Of a stretch of 32,000 nt of DNA, positions 1 to 7,451 are shown in pieces. A model generated the notes under the pieces. That model saw nothing but the letters and a program-made list of their open reading frames with translations. It was not told the DNA's origin and did no database searches. The stretch is taken from contig JBMSAQ010000015.1 in assembly GCA_049414405.1 (NCBI GenBank), positions 92,608 to 124,607 of the forward strand, in the 5' to 3' direction. The translations under genes and the position numbers were made by a program. Numbering within the stretch: the stretch's first letter is position 1; each line of letters opens with the position of its first letter. The stretch comes from Candidatus Nanopusillus sp. GTDB taxonomy: Archaea > Nanobdellota > Nanobdellia > Nanobdellales > Nanobdellaceae.

Positions 1-185
1 GATACTCCCTGTGCCACCGGATTTATCATAAAACTTGTACTTCCAGCCAAAGCATATCCAAATTTTGCCTCTGGTCTACCTGCATAACTAAGACCTTTTA
101 ATACATTAAAGAAAACTATTATTACAAATATTAGTATAATAATTATAACAATAAGCTCTATTACATTATCACTTATAGATTTCAT
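1..185 (-). CDS. Small type IV pilin-like / signal-anchored protein; only the 5' part is in the window (gene runs off the window start)
   Basis: ATG at 185-183 on the minus strand. Hand translation MKSISDNVIELIVIIIILIFVIIVFFNVLKGLSYAGRPEAKFGYALAGSTSFMINPVAQGV... stays open to position 1. It has the same architecture (short charged head, then a ~22-residue I/L/V helix) as ORFs 4019-4207, 10699-10905 and 10975-11157. Absent from the ORF track because it is truncated. Confidence 0.4.
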   Translation of the reverse strand, partial: MKSISDNVIELIVIIIILIFVIIVFFNVLKGLSYAGRPEAKFGYALAGSTSFMINPVAQGV

Positions 186-340
186 AACCATTTATAAAAA
201 TTTTGAACTTTATTAAATTTTTTACGATAAACTTCCAACAAATAAATTCAAAAAGCTAAAATAAACATAATATCTGTTTTTTACATGTATGGATTGTGTA
301 CAAAGCTTATAAAATTTATATAAAAAGGTTTATTTATTTA

Positions 341-360
341 ATAAGTATGAAAATACTTAT
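341..360. promoter_or_regulatory. Inverted repeat ATAAGTAT-GAAA-ATACTTAT immediately upstream of the TATA-like box of ORF 391
   Basis: Perfect 8-bp arms with a 4-nt spacer, read directly. The A/T box TTTTTAAAATTTTA at 363-376 follows, then the ATG at 391. Confidence 0.25.
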
Positions 361-390
361 GTTTTTAAAATTTTATTAAAAGTATATTAT

Positions 391-1425
391 ATGCAACTAC
401 GCCAGCGTTTAGATGATATTTTATTAGATGGGGTGGGGAAAAGTGTATGGGGTGGTCTTAGCAAAATTAAAGAAGGAGTTAGTAGATCTATAAGATATTT
501 AGATGAAAAATTAAAAGAAATAGGAAATAAAACTTATGAAAAACTTAGGGAAACCAAAAATAAAATATCAGAATATATGCCAATAATAAAAGATTCTGCA
601 ATAGCATCATTACCATATACTACGAAAGTCCTAATTTTGGCAGGATCATCTATGAAAAATACATCTAGAGGTCTTGCGGGTAGGGCTGTTGGATATTTAC
701 TAATAGGTGCTGGTGCTGCTACCCTTGGATTATTTGTATTATCCGGAATACACGGATTACCATCTCCAAACAATGAAAACATACAATATGTGGGATCTCC
801 AGATGGGTATCAAGGATTTGTACCAAAAGGTGTAATAAATTACGAAGGACAGACAAATCCCAGGGGTGACTTAATATTAAATGATGGAAGAGTATTAAAT
901 AATGCAGTATGGCATGGTAAATACTCAGATACAATAATCGAGAACAACAATCAAATAGTTAAATTGAATAATTATTTTGTTGGAAAGATCAATCCAGTAA
1001 ATAATCAGCCATTTGAATATCTACAAGATGTTTATGTAATTAAAGGTCAAGTACCAATTAAAGAAATAACAATAAATGGACAAATACATTATGTAATAGA
1101 TGCTAATAAAATACATGAAGCAAATGTGGCAGGATTTTATACATATAAAGAGTGGGTAGATGACTTTGTAGCAGCAATGAATACACCAGGAACAACAGCA
1201 GCAAGATTACCAGGAGATTCTCCTGTATTTAAATGGACAAATACAATAGGGATTGTAGCATATCAAACAAAAGTGTATCAACAATATTATCCATATTTAA
1301 GTGGAGGGGCTGTATTAATACAACCTAATGGAACTATAATTCCATATGGAATATTCGGTCCTATTATAGGGGTTAATTTATCAAACTTTGGTCTTCCTAA
1401 ACAATTATATAATCCTTCTAGTTAA
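391..1425 (+). CDS. Hypothetical single-pass membrane protein: ~100-aa N-terminal cytoplasmic region, one Gly/Ala-rich TM segment, ~220-aa C-terminal external domain
   Basis: A 344-codon ORF in a genome where stop codons are very frequent. TM segment AVGYLLIGAGAATLGLFVLSGI. I recognise no family motif. Convergent with the 860-aa surface protein gene across a 14-nt gap. Confidence 0.6.
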   Translation: MQLRQRLDDILLDGVGKSVWGGLSKIKEGVSRSIRYLDEKLKEIGNKTYEKLRETKNKISEYMPIIKDSAIASLPYTTKVLILAGSSMKNTSRGLAGRAVGYLLIGAGAATLGLFVLSGIHGLPSPNNENIQYVGSPDGYQGFVPKGVINYEGQTNPRGDLILNDGRVLNNAVWHGKYSDTIIENNNQIVKLNNYFVGKINPVNNQPFEYLQDVYVIKGQVPIKEITINGQIHYVIDANKIHEANVAGFYTYKEWVDDFVAAMNTPGTTAARLPGDSPVFKWTNTIGIVAYQTKVYQQYYPYLSGGAVLIQPNGTIIPYGIFGPIIGVNLSNFGLPKQLYNPSS

Positions 1426-1439
1426 TTTTTAACAATTTT

Positions 1440-4022
1440 TTAAGATATACTCACAACATATGGCACTCCGTATGTTACTATTATCCAATTCAGATATATA
1501 AAACCAGGTCCGTTTCCAGAACCTGCTGAAATAAATAGATAAGGAGTTCCAACATATACATTTATATCATCTTGTAAATGGTATATACTAACAGATTGCA
1601 ATTGTGAAAGACTATTGTACCTTTCTTTAAATCCAAATGTTCCATATACAAAATTATTGTCTACATCATTAAAAGTAAATTCGAAATATCTATTCAAAGC
1701 ATTTTGACGATTTGCTGGTTGATTAAACGCCGTATTATATGCATTTATGTATGATTGTACAAATATAGGTTTTTTAGTTGTTGCACTTATATTTCCAGGT
1801 GGTGCTGGTGGTATTGCATATGCATTTTTCCCATTCCAACTATATTGTACAGATGCAAGAGAATAATTAAATATATTTCCATTCATTAAGAAAAATATAT
1901 TTATCTTGTTATTATCAGTAACATCGGTCTGGAACCAATTATATAACCAAAATACACCATATTGATAATATTGTTGATTATTTTTTTGATTTGGTGGCAT
2001 AAATGGGAAATAGTTTTCTCCTTCATATCCACGTATATTTCCTGTATTATCTTCTAAGAAATAATAATTCAGCTTAGGACAACCCAAAGGACATGTAAGG
2101 CTATATAAAGTACTCCACCCAGTTCCCGAATAATAATAGTTCCAATATTGATTATTTGCATTTGTATTTGGATTTTTTGTATATTTTGTAGTTAAAAAAT
2201 ACCCTATAGTATTGTTATATTGCAATATTCCAACATAATAACCTGCGGTATTTCCCGGTCTTGCACCCCCGGGTACCCATCCATATTCATACATAAACAT
2301 TGGAAAATTAAGTGGTAAATATGTTTCTCCCCCAACCCTTATTCCTATATCTCTATTTCCAATAGAGATACAGTCTCCCGCTATTGAACATATTCTATTA
2401 TTAAGATTATAATCATTATAATGATTTACAGTATTTATCTTTAAATTATTATTATCTGCAATATATGATAATACTACTGCATGCGAAACCAAAGGACGTG
2501 AAACCAAAGGAACAGAATCGTCGAGAGGAGGATCTAACCAAGGTATTCCAGAAAAGTATGCAAATGTTTGTAATCCCAATCCATTTTGCGATTTAGATAA
2601 TCTATAAAATGTATTTTTTAAAATATCAGACGTAATTAATGCATAAGATCCTTGTTTTGTTCCATTAACCATTAATAATCCTTTAAAAGGTCTATCGATT
2701 ACAATACTTATTCTAGCTGTTCCGTTTAAATAAACGTTTACATTATTATATGGAGGTAATATATTATTATGTTGAAGTAATATATTGTTATTTTGATAAC
2801 ATGCTTTATATTTACTAGTATCACAATTATCTGAGGGTATCATCTCTACCCAATATACATTATTATCTGGATATGGATAAAAATTTACATATATTGGAAA
2901 TACATTTAACCCATTATCATATATAACTGCAGAAGATGGTTTATTTGGACTTAAAGCTTCTGGAGCCCCACCAATTGTTCCATTAAAGTATGGTAATAAG
3001 TTTTCATCACTAAATCCAACAAATAATGATACAATATTACAACCAAAATTATTACTATATAATGAAGGAACATTTAATAAATTAATGAAGAAATAATAAT
3101 TCCTATTATGTTCTCCAGCATACCATGAAGGTAATGCATAATATTTACCTTTATAATTAAGTATAAACACTACATTGCTTCCAACATGTGGGGATCTTTT
3201 AATATAATTACTTAGTGGAGGACCAATTATAACCAATATATTTTGAAAATCATCCATAACGTATCCGCCATTATTTGATAAAGGTATAGCCAAATATGTT
3301 CCATTAATAATTTTTACATTATTTATTGTATAATCATAATATTTAGAATTTGGATATTGATTTTTATCTAATAAAGATATTGCTGGAGTTATATTTATAT
3401 ATAAAGGTTCATTTAAATAGAAATTTTGTATATTTTGACTATTACTTGATTTACATAATATACAAAAATATACAAAACCACCTGCCTGATATGTTACACG
3501 ATTATTTCCTACAACACTACATTCATATCTATTTCCCCGATATGTATATGTAACACTATTTCCTTCAAAGGTATTATTTGATAATCTAATTACAGATTCT
3601 ATATCAACATTATTTAATGATTCTATACTATAAGATCTTGAACTAATATTTGTTATATTTTCAGGATTTATTCTTAATACATTAACATTATTATTACCCC
3701 CGCTATAAGTATTTGTAATATTATAATATATATTCCAATTATCTTGATCTACAATAAATGAAGGAACATATTGTATACTAAATCCATTTTGATAGTATAT
3801 ACTTACCATAATTGTTGAATTTATAGTGTTCTGATTATTTCTATCTTCTTTATTTGGGACATCTTTATCTTGTATTGAAATATAATATTGAGATGGAGTA
3901 TAAATATTGTAATATTTAAATATTGAAGTTAAAATAAATATAACCCCAGCTAGAATTATAATAAATATTGGAAGATAATATCCTATAAAAAGCATAAGAC
4001 TATCAAAAATTTTCCCCCTCAT
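1440..4022 (-). CDS. Large orphan surface protein: N-terminal hydrophobic anchor, Asn/Tyr-rich, 13 N-x-S/T sequons, 10 Cys of which 8 form four tight pairs
   Basis: 860-codon ORF. N-terminus MRGKIFDSLMLFIGYYLPIFIIILAGVIFILTSIF. Cys pairs CILC, C-x7-C, C-x5-C and C-x3-C. Sequons counted by hand. Its ATG overlaps the TGA of the upstream pilin-like ORF (ATGA at 4019-4022). No catalytic motif recognised. Confidence 0.75.
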   Translation of the reverse strand: MRGKIFDSLMLFIGYYLPIFIIILAGVIFILTSIFKYYNIYTPSQYYISIQDKDVPNKEDRNNQNTINSTIMVSIYYQNGFSIQYVPSFIVDQDNWNIYYNITNTYSGGNNNVNVLRINPENITNISSRSYSIESLNNVDIESVIRLSNNTFEGNSVTYTYRGNRYECSVVGNNRVTYQAGGFVYFCILCKSSNSQNIQNFYLNEPLYINITPAISLLDKNQYPNSKYYDYTINNVKIINGTYLAIPLSNNGGYVMDDFQNILVIIGPPLSNYIKRSPHVGSNVVFILNYKGKYYALPSWYAGEHNRNYYFFINLLNVPSLYSNNFGCNIVSLFVGFSDENLLPYFNGTIGGAPEALSPNKPSSAVIYDNGLNVFPIYVNFYPYPDNNVYWVEMIPSDNCDTSKYKACYQNNNILLQHNNILPPYNNVNVYLNGTARISIVIDRPFKGLLMVNGTKQGSYALITSDILKNTFYRLSKSQNGLGLQTFAYFSGIPWLDPPLDDSVPLVSRPLVSHAVVLSYIADNNNLKINTVNHYNDYNLNNRICSIAGDCISIGNRDIGIRVGGETYLPLNFPMFMYEYGWVPGGARPGNTAGYYVGILQYNNTIGYFLTTKYTKNPNTNANNQYWNYYYSGTGWSTLYSLTCPLGCPKLNYYFLEDNTGNIRGYEGENYFPFMPPNQKNNQQYYQYGVFWLYNWFQTDVTDNNKINIFFLMNGNIFNYSLASVQYSWNGKNAYAIPPAPPGNISATTKKPIFVQSYINAYNTAFNQPANRQNALNRYFEFTFNDVDNNFVYGTFGFKERYNSLSQLQSVSIYHLQDDINVYVGTPYLFISAGSGNGPGFIYLNWIIVTYGVPYVVSIS

Positions 4023-4207
4023 CTTATTAGATCTGGAATTGATTGATTTGTAATATTATTAAAACTATTATTGATGAAATTGAATGATTGATTTGATGCT
4101 GTATTTCCACCCAAAAATATTTTATATCCAAACATAACTGCTAAAACCAATATAACCAATGCAATAATTAAAATAATTACCATATCTATTGATATGCTAT
4201 TTTTCAT
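4019..4207 (-). CDS. Mini type IV pilin-like protein (62 aa) with an N/Q/S-rich sequon-bearing tail
   Basis: MKNS-ISIDMVIILIIALVILVLAVMF, then the tail NTASNQSFNFINNSFNNITNQSIPDLIR with sequons NQS, NNS, NIT, NQS. Short polar head plus a ~22-residue hydrophobic helix resembles a class III signal peptide/pilin helix. An AAAATTTATAA box lies ~25-35 nt upstream. Translationally coupled to the 860-aa ORF. Confidence 0.55.
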   Translation of the reverse strand: MKNSISIDMVIILIIALVILVLAVMFGYKIFLGGNTASNQSFNFINNSFNNITNQSIPDLIR

Positions 4208-4239
4208 ATATATCTAAAAAATCTCATTAATTATAAATT

Positions 4240-4680
4240 TTATTCGAAAACTTTCTTTTTATAATAATACAAAATTATTCCAAGATTAGTAATTAATATT
4301 CCATCTGCTATAAGACAATATATACATATTGAATTAATTAAAAAGAACATAGTATATAATGAAAATATTACAAATATTATACCAATTGACCTATAAAATA
4401 AATTATAAATTATTTTCAACATTTTCTTATACAACAACAATATCAAAAATAAATCTACTATAAAATATGCAATAGTATAAACTCCCAAAGATATCCCAAA
4501 TAACTTTGAATATGGACTATTCAATACTTTTTCACAATCAATTAATGTATTATCAACAGAACAAAAATATGGTAATGATTTACTTATCAAAACCGTATAT
4601 TCTAGATATACAAATATAATTATACCTATTATTGAGAATATTGTCAATAAAAATAATCTTTTATCAAATTTTAAGTTCAT
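4240..4680 (-). CDS. VKOR-family (vitamin K epoxide reductase-like) membrane thiol oxidoreductase
   Basis: Four predicted TM helices. Loop Cys pair followed by a Ser (FCSVDNTLIDCEKVLNSPYSKLFGISLG) and a CxxC at the start of the last helix (CIYC). This is the C...C...S...CxxC pattern of VKOR homologs. Confidence 0.7.
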   Translation of the reverse strand: MNLKFDKRLFLLTIFSIIGIIIFVYLEYTVLISKSLPYFCSVDNTLIDCEKVLNSPYSKLFGISLGVYTIAYFIVDLFLILLLYKKMLKIIYNLFYRSIGIIFVIFSLYTMFFLINSICIYCLIADGILITNLGIILYYYKKKVFE

Positions 4681-4700
4681 AAAATATAAATAAGTATTAT

Positions 4701-4714
4701 AAATTTATAAATTT
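4701..4714. promoter_or_regulatory. Perfect 14-nt palindromic BRE/TATA-like element AAATTTATAAATTT shared by divergent genes 4240-4680 (-) and 4734-5294 (+)
   Basis: The palindrome centre (4707.5) is 27.5 nt from the minus-strand ATG (4680) and 26.5 nt from the plus-strand ATG (4734). Archaeal TATA boxes are centred ~26-27 nt upstream of the transcription start. Confidence 0.55.
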
Positions 4715-4733
4715 TTGAATAAATAAACAAAAA

Positions 4734-5294
4734 ATGGGGAAATATTATCATTTATCATTTGAAAAAGAAGAAATTAGCAAAAAAATAAAATTAGAAAATG
4801 AAGAAGATCCATTATTTATTATTAGTTATAATCCATCAGCATATTCTTTTAGATATACATTTCTATTATATTTACTTTTTTGTATATATGGTATTGTATT
4901 TTCTATTTCAACATACTATAATCCTAATATAATGTCTTTTATTTTATTATTTTTTATTACTTCAATTTTATTCTATATTGCACTTAAATATTATGAAGTG
5001 GCAAAGAATCGTTATATAATACTTACAAATAAGAGATTAATATTACTTGAAAATGAAAATATAAGGTCAATAGATAATTCATATATAAATAATATAGAAA
5101 TATATCAAAGTTTATATGAAAGATCTAAAAAATTATATACGATAAAAATTTATACCAGTACACTTTTATTAAATAAAAATGTGAGTTTAATAATTGAATT
5201 ACCATTACTTAAAAAGGAAGATATGGAAAAAATAAGAGAAATTATCCTAAATAATATACCTAAGAGGCCTGAACAGGCGAAACCTGTTCCTTAA
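4734..5294 (+). CDS. Membrane protein with a bacterial-type PH domain (bPH_2 / DUF304-like, YdbS/YdbT-like)
   Basis: Two TM helices followed by YEVAKNRYIILTNKRLILLENENIRSIDNSYINNIEI, which resembles the bPH_2 signature (y.lTn.Rli...). The last 35 nt overlap the convergent L21e gene. Confidence 0.5.
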   Translation: MGKYYHLSFEKEEISKKIKLENEEDPLFIISYNPSAYSFRYTFLLYLLFCIYGIVFSISTYYNPNIMSFILLFFITSILFYIALKYYEVAKNRYIILTNKRLILLENENIRSIDNSYINNIEIYQSLYERSKKLYTIKIYTSTLLLNKNVSLIIELPLLKKEDMEKIREIILNNIPKRPEQAKPVP

Positions 5295-5583
5295 ATTTTT
5301 CTAAATGTGCTGGATGAACAATTATAATTTTCTTTTTTCCTTTATCATTTACTAAAACTTCATAACAACTTCCCCTCTTTCCCAAAATTATTCCAATCAT
5401 TCCATGATATTTTGGATGTGGCATTGTTTTATTATATGAAGGATCTATCTTTATTACAACCTTATCGTTTATATTAAATTCTTGTAATATTTTCCTTATC
5501 TTTATTTTACCATGTTCTCTTATATGTAATGATAATTTATCTCTTGATTTCCTTCTCAACCCCTTTCCCTTTCTTGCAGTCAT
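5260..5583 (-). CDS. rpl21e: 50S ribosomal protein L21e (eL21)
   Basis: GKGLRRKSRDKLS...REHGKIKIRKILQEFNINDKVVIKIDPSYNKTMPHPKYHGMIGIILGKRGSCYEVLV...HPAHLE matches the eL21 pattern. Conserved archaeal neighbourhood L21e-RpoF-DUF655. Confidence 0.9.
   Translation of the reverse strand: MTARKGKGLRRKSRDKLSLHIREHGKIKIRKILQEFNINDKVVIKIDPSYNKTMPHPKYHGMIGIILGKRGSCYEVLVNDKGKKKIIIVHPAHLEKFKEQVSPVQAS
5271..5289. other. GC-enriched hairpin GAACAGG-CGAAA-CCTGTTC inside the 35-nt convergent overlap of two CDS 3' ends
   Basis: Perfect 7-bp stem and 5-nt loop, read directly. The plus-strand stop (5292-5294) is followed by ATTTTTC. Confidence 0.4.
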
Positions 5584-5605
5584 TAAATTAAAAGTTCATG
5601 ATATA

Positions 5606-5613
5606 TTTTTAAA
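5606..5613. promoter_or_regulatory. Shared central TATA-like box TTTTTAAA between divergent rpl21e and rpoF
   Basis: The box centre (5609.5) is 26.5 nt from both start codons (5583 minus, 5636 plus). Confidence 0.45.
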
Positions 5614-5635
5614 TAATATTTAAAAAGATATATAA

Positions 5636-5953
5636 ATGGAAGTACTGAACAAAAAAATTATAACACCAGCAAATGTTAAAAGTATATTATTAAAAAATAA
5701 AGAAAGGAGAAATTTATTATATATAGAAGAAAGAACGTTGAAATTCCTTAACAATACATATAAATTAGATGAAAATGAAGAAAAAGAAATATTGAAAGTT
5801 TTAAAAGATATAAATTTACCTGATGAGGTAAAAATACAAATATTAGAAATGTTGCCAAAAAATGAGGAAGAATTAAGAGTAGTATTATATACACATACTT
5901 TAAGCAAACAAGATATGGAAAAAATATTAAATTTAATAAAGAAATATGGATAG
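5636..5953 (+). CDS. rpoF: DNA-directed RNA polymerase subunit Rpo4 (RpoF)
   Basis: ~105 aa helical protein. LYIEERTLKFLNNTYKL...ILEMLPKNEEELRVVLY resembles Rpo4/F. Sits between L21e and DUF655 as in most archaea. Confidence 0.7.
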   Translation: MEVLNKKIITPANVKSILLKNKERRNLLYIEERTLKFLNNTYKLDENEEKEILKVLKDINLPDEVKIQILEMLPKNEEELRVVLYTHTLSKQDMEKILNLIKKYG

Positions 5954-6485
5954 AAAAGAAGAGTATGCAGTTGTAATATATTATTTACCTGGAGGTGACC
6001 CCACAAAAAATATAAAAGAGCCAGCAGTATATGTAGTTGGAAGAGATTATTTCACATTACTATTATTAACATTAAAACCTGGTGTTACAGTAAATTTATT
6101 TGAAGAACTATATATTGGAAATAAACAAAGGGATAAAGTAAGATCAGTACTAAGAAAATTATCATTTGATGAATTACCAGAAATTGCAAAAGCAAATTTA
6201 GAAAAAGCAATAAAAGATTTAATAATAAAAAATGAGAAAAAATTCGTAGAATTCTTTAATAAAGCTGGTCCATTAAATATCAGAATTCATTCATTAGAAT
6301 TATTACCAGATATTGGAAAAGTAACTGTACAAAAAATTATAGAAGAAAGGCAGAAGAAACCATTTGAATCATTTAAAGATATTGAAGAAAGAGTAAAAGG
6401 AATTAAAAATATACAAAACATAATTTACGAAAGAATAATCAGAGAGTTATCTGAAAAAGAAAAGACAAAATTATTCACTATCTAG
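5946..6485 (+). CDS. DUF655-family protein (predicted HhH nucleic-acid-binding protein)
   Basis: EKKFVEFFNKAGPLNIRIHSLELLPDIGKVTVQKIIEERQKKPFESFKDIEERV matches the DUF655 core (FV.FFN...P...R.H.LELLPGIG...FeSFedi..RV). 8-nt overlap with rpoF. Confidence 0.8.
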   Translation: MDRKEEYAVVIYYLPGGDPTKNIKEPAVYVVGRDYFTLLLLTLKPGVTVNLFEELYIGNKQRDKVRSVLRKLSFDELPEIAKANLEKAIKDLIIKNEKKFVEFFNKAGPLNIRIHSLELLPDIGKVTVQKIIEERQKKPFESFKDIEERVKGIKNIQNIIYERIIRELSEKEKTKLFTI

Positions 6486-6746
6486 CTTTATATTATTTAA
6501 CTTTGCTTTTATCTTTAAATATTTTTCATACTTTGTTAATTCAATATTACTCTTTTCTTTTATACTGATTAATAATAATTGCTTCATGAATTTTTTCCAT
6601 TTTCTTTTATTCATTGTAACATTTCTTAAATGTGATTTCATCAAATGTCTGCTATATTTTTTACTATTTACAAATATATGACCGCATAATGGGCATTTAA
6701 ATATTTCTCTTCCATTTCTGTCAATTTCCCTTACAGCATGTAACAT
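6471..6746 (-). CDS. Small basic protein with one classical C2H2 zinc finger
   Basis: CPLCGHIFVNSKKYSRHLMKSH is C-x2-C-x12-H-x4-H. Lys-rich C-terminal helix. The 3' end overlaps DUF655 convergently by 15 nt. Confidence 0.6.
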   Translation of the reverse strand: MLHAVREIDRNGREIFKCPLCGHIFVNSKKYSRHLMKSHLRNVTMNKRKWKKFMKQLLLISIKEKSNIELTKYEKYLKIKAKLNNIKLDSE

Positions 6747-6776
6747 TTTTTATATATTTATGATAACCTTTAAAAA

Positions 6777-7451
6777 TTATTTATTTTGAATTAAAAAAAT
6801 CGAATGATCAATATGATATGGCTCTAATCTTACTTCTTTTATTATCTTTAATCCGTAATCTTCTAATTCCTTTCTTACTGCCCTAAATATCTCTTTTGGA
6901 TCCTTAGATACATCAATTGATCTAGCTTTTACCGCTAAAAACCCATATCCTTTATTCTTTAAATAGTATTCTATATTTTTAATAAATATTTTTACCTGAT
7001 GTGGTTGAGCAACGTCCTGATATATCAAATCAACCTTTGTAACAATATGCAAATATTCCCATGGTTTATCAGCATCTGCTAATATTCCAATAATATTTTT
7101 TCTATCATATAGTACCGAAACTAAATCCCTTAATATTCTTGAAGAAACATCTATACCAAATATTAATCCATTTTTATCAACTATATCAGAAATATGAGAT
7201 GCTGTTGTACCGGAAGCAATACCTAAATATAATATTCTATCACCCCTATCAATTGGTACTTCTCCAATATTTTTCTTAATTGCTGCTGCTAATTTAGACC
7301 TATTTACAATCCATTCTCTATATTCTTCATTATTATATTTAATCAACTTCTCTTCATATAAACTCTTCCCAGGTACTAAATTTTTTGTATATAATCTCCC
7401 TTTCTCATCAATAAATATATTTTTATTTTCCTTTAGTGGTTTTAATTTCAT
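6777..7451 (-). CDS. flpA: Fibrillarin-like rRNA/tRNA 2'-O-methyltransferase
   Basis: YREWIVNRSKLAAAI, SAM motif ILYLGIASGTTASHISDIV, and DLIYQDVAQPHQ. Immediately downstream of Nop5 with a 4-nt overlap. Confidence 0.95.
   Translation of the reverse strand: MKLKPLKENKNIFIDEKGRLYTKNLVPGKSLYEEKLIKYNNEEYREWIVNRSKLAAAIKKNIGEVPIDRGDRILYLGIASGTTASHISDIVDKNGLIFGIDVSSRILRDLVSVLYDRKNIIGILADADKPWEYLHIVTKVDLIYQDVAQPHQVKIFIKNIEYYLKNKGYGFLAVKARSIDVSKDPKEIFRAVRKELEDYGLKIIKEVRLEPYHIDHSIFLIQNK

Noticed and set aside
391-1425. Locally elevated GC (hand counts of ~42-48% in two 60-nt stretches), considered as a sign of horizontal transfer of ORF 391-1425.
   Set aside because: Other stretches of the same gene are ~23% GC. 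Core genes such as EF-1alpha reach ~40% locally. The heterogeneity follows amino-acid content (Gly/Ala-rich TM) and is not a reliable HGT signal.
2250-2295. GC-rich palindromic patch (gcacccccgggtaccca) inside the 860-aa gene, considered as a hidden structured RNA or split-tRNA half.
   Set aside because: It is in frame and encodes GWVPGGARPGNTAG. There is no tRNA-like stem pattern or flanking complementary leader.
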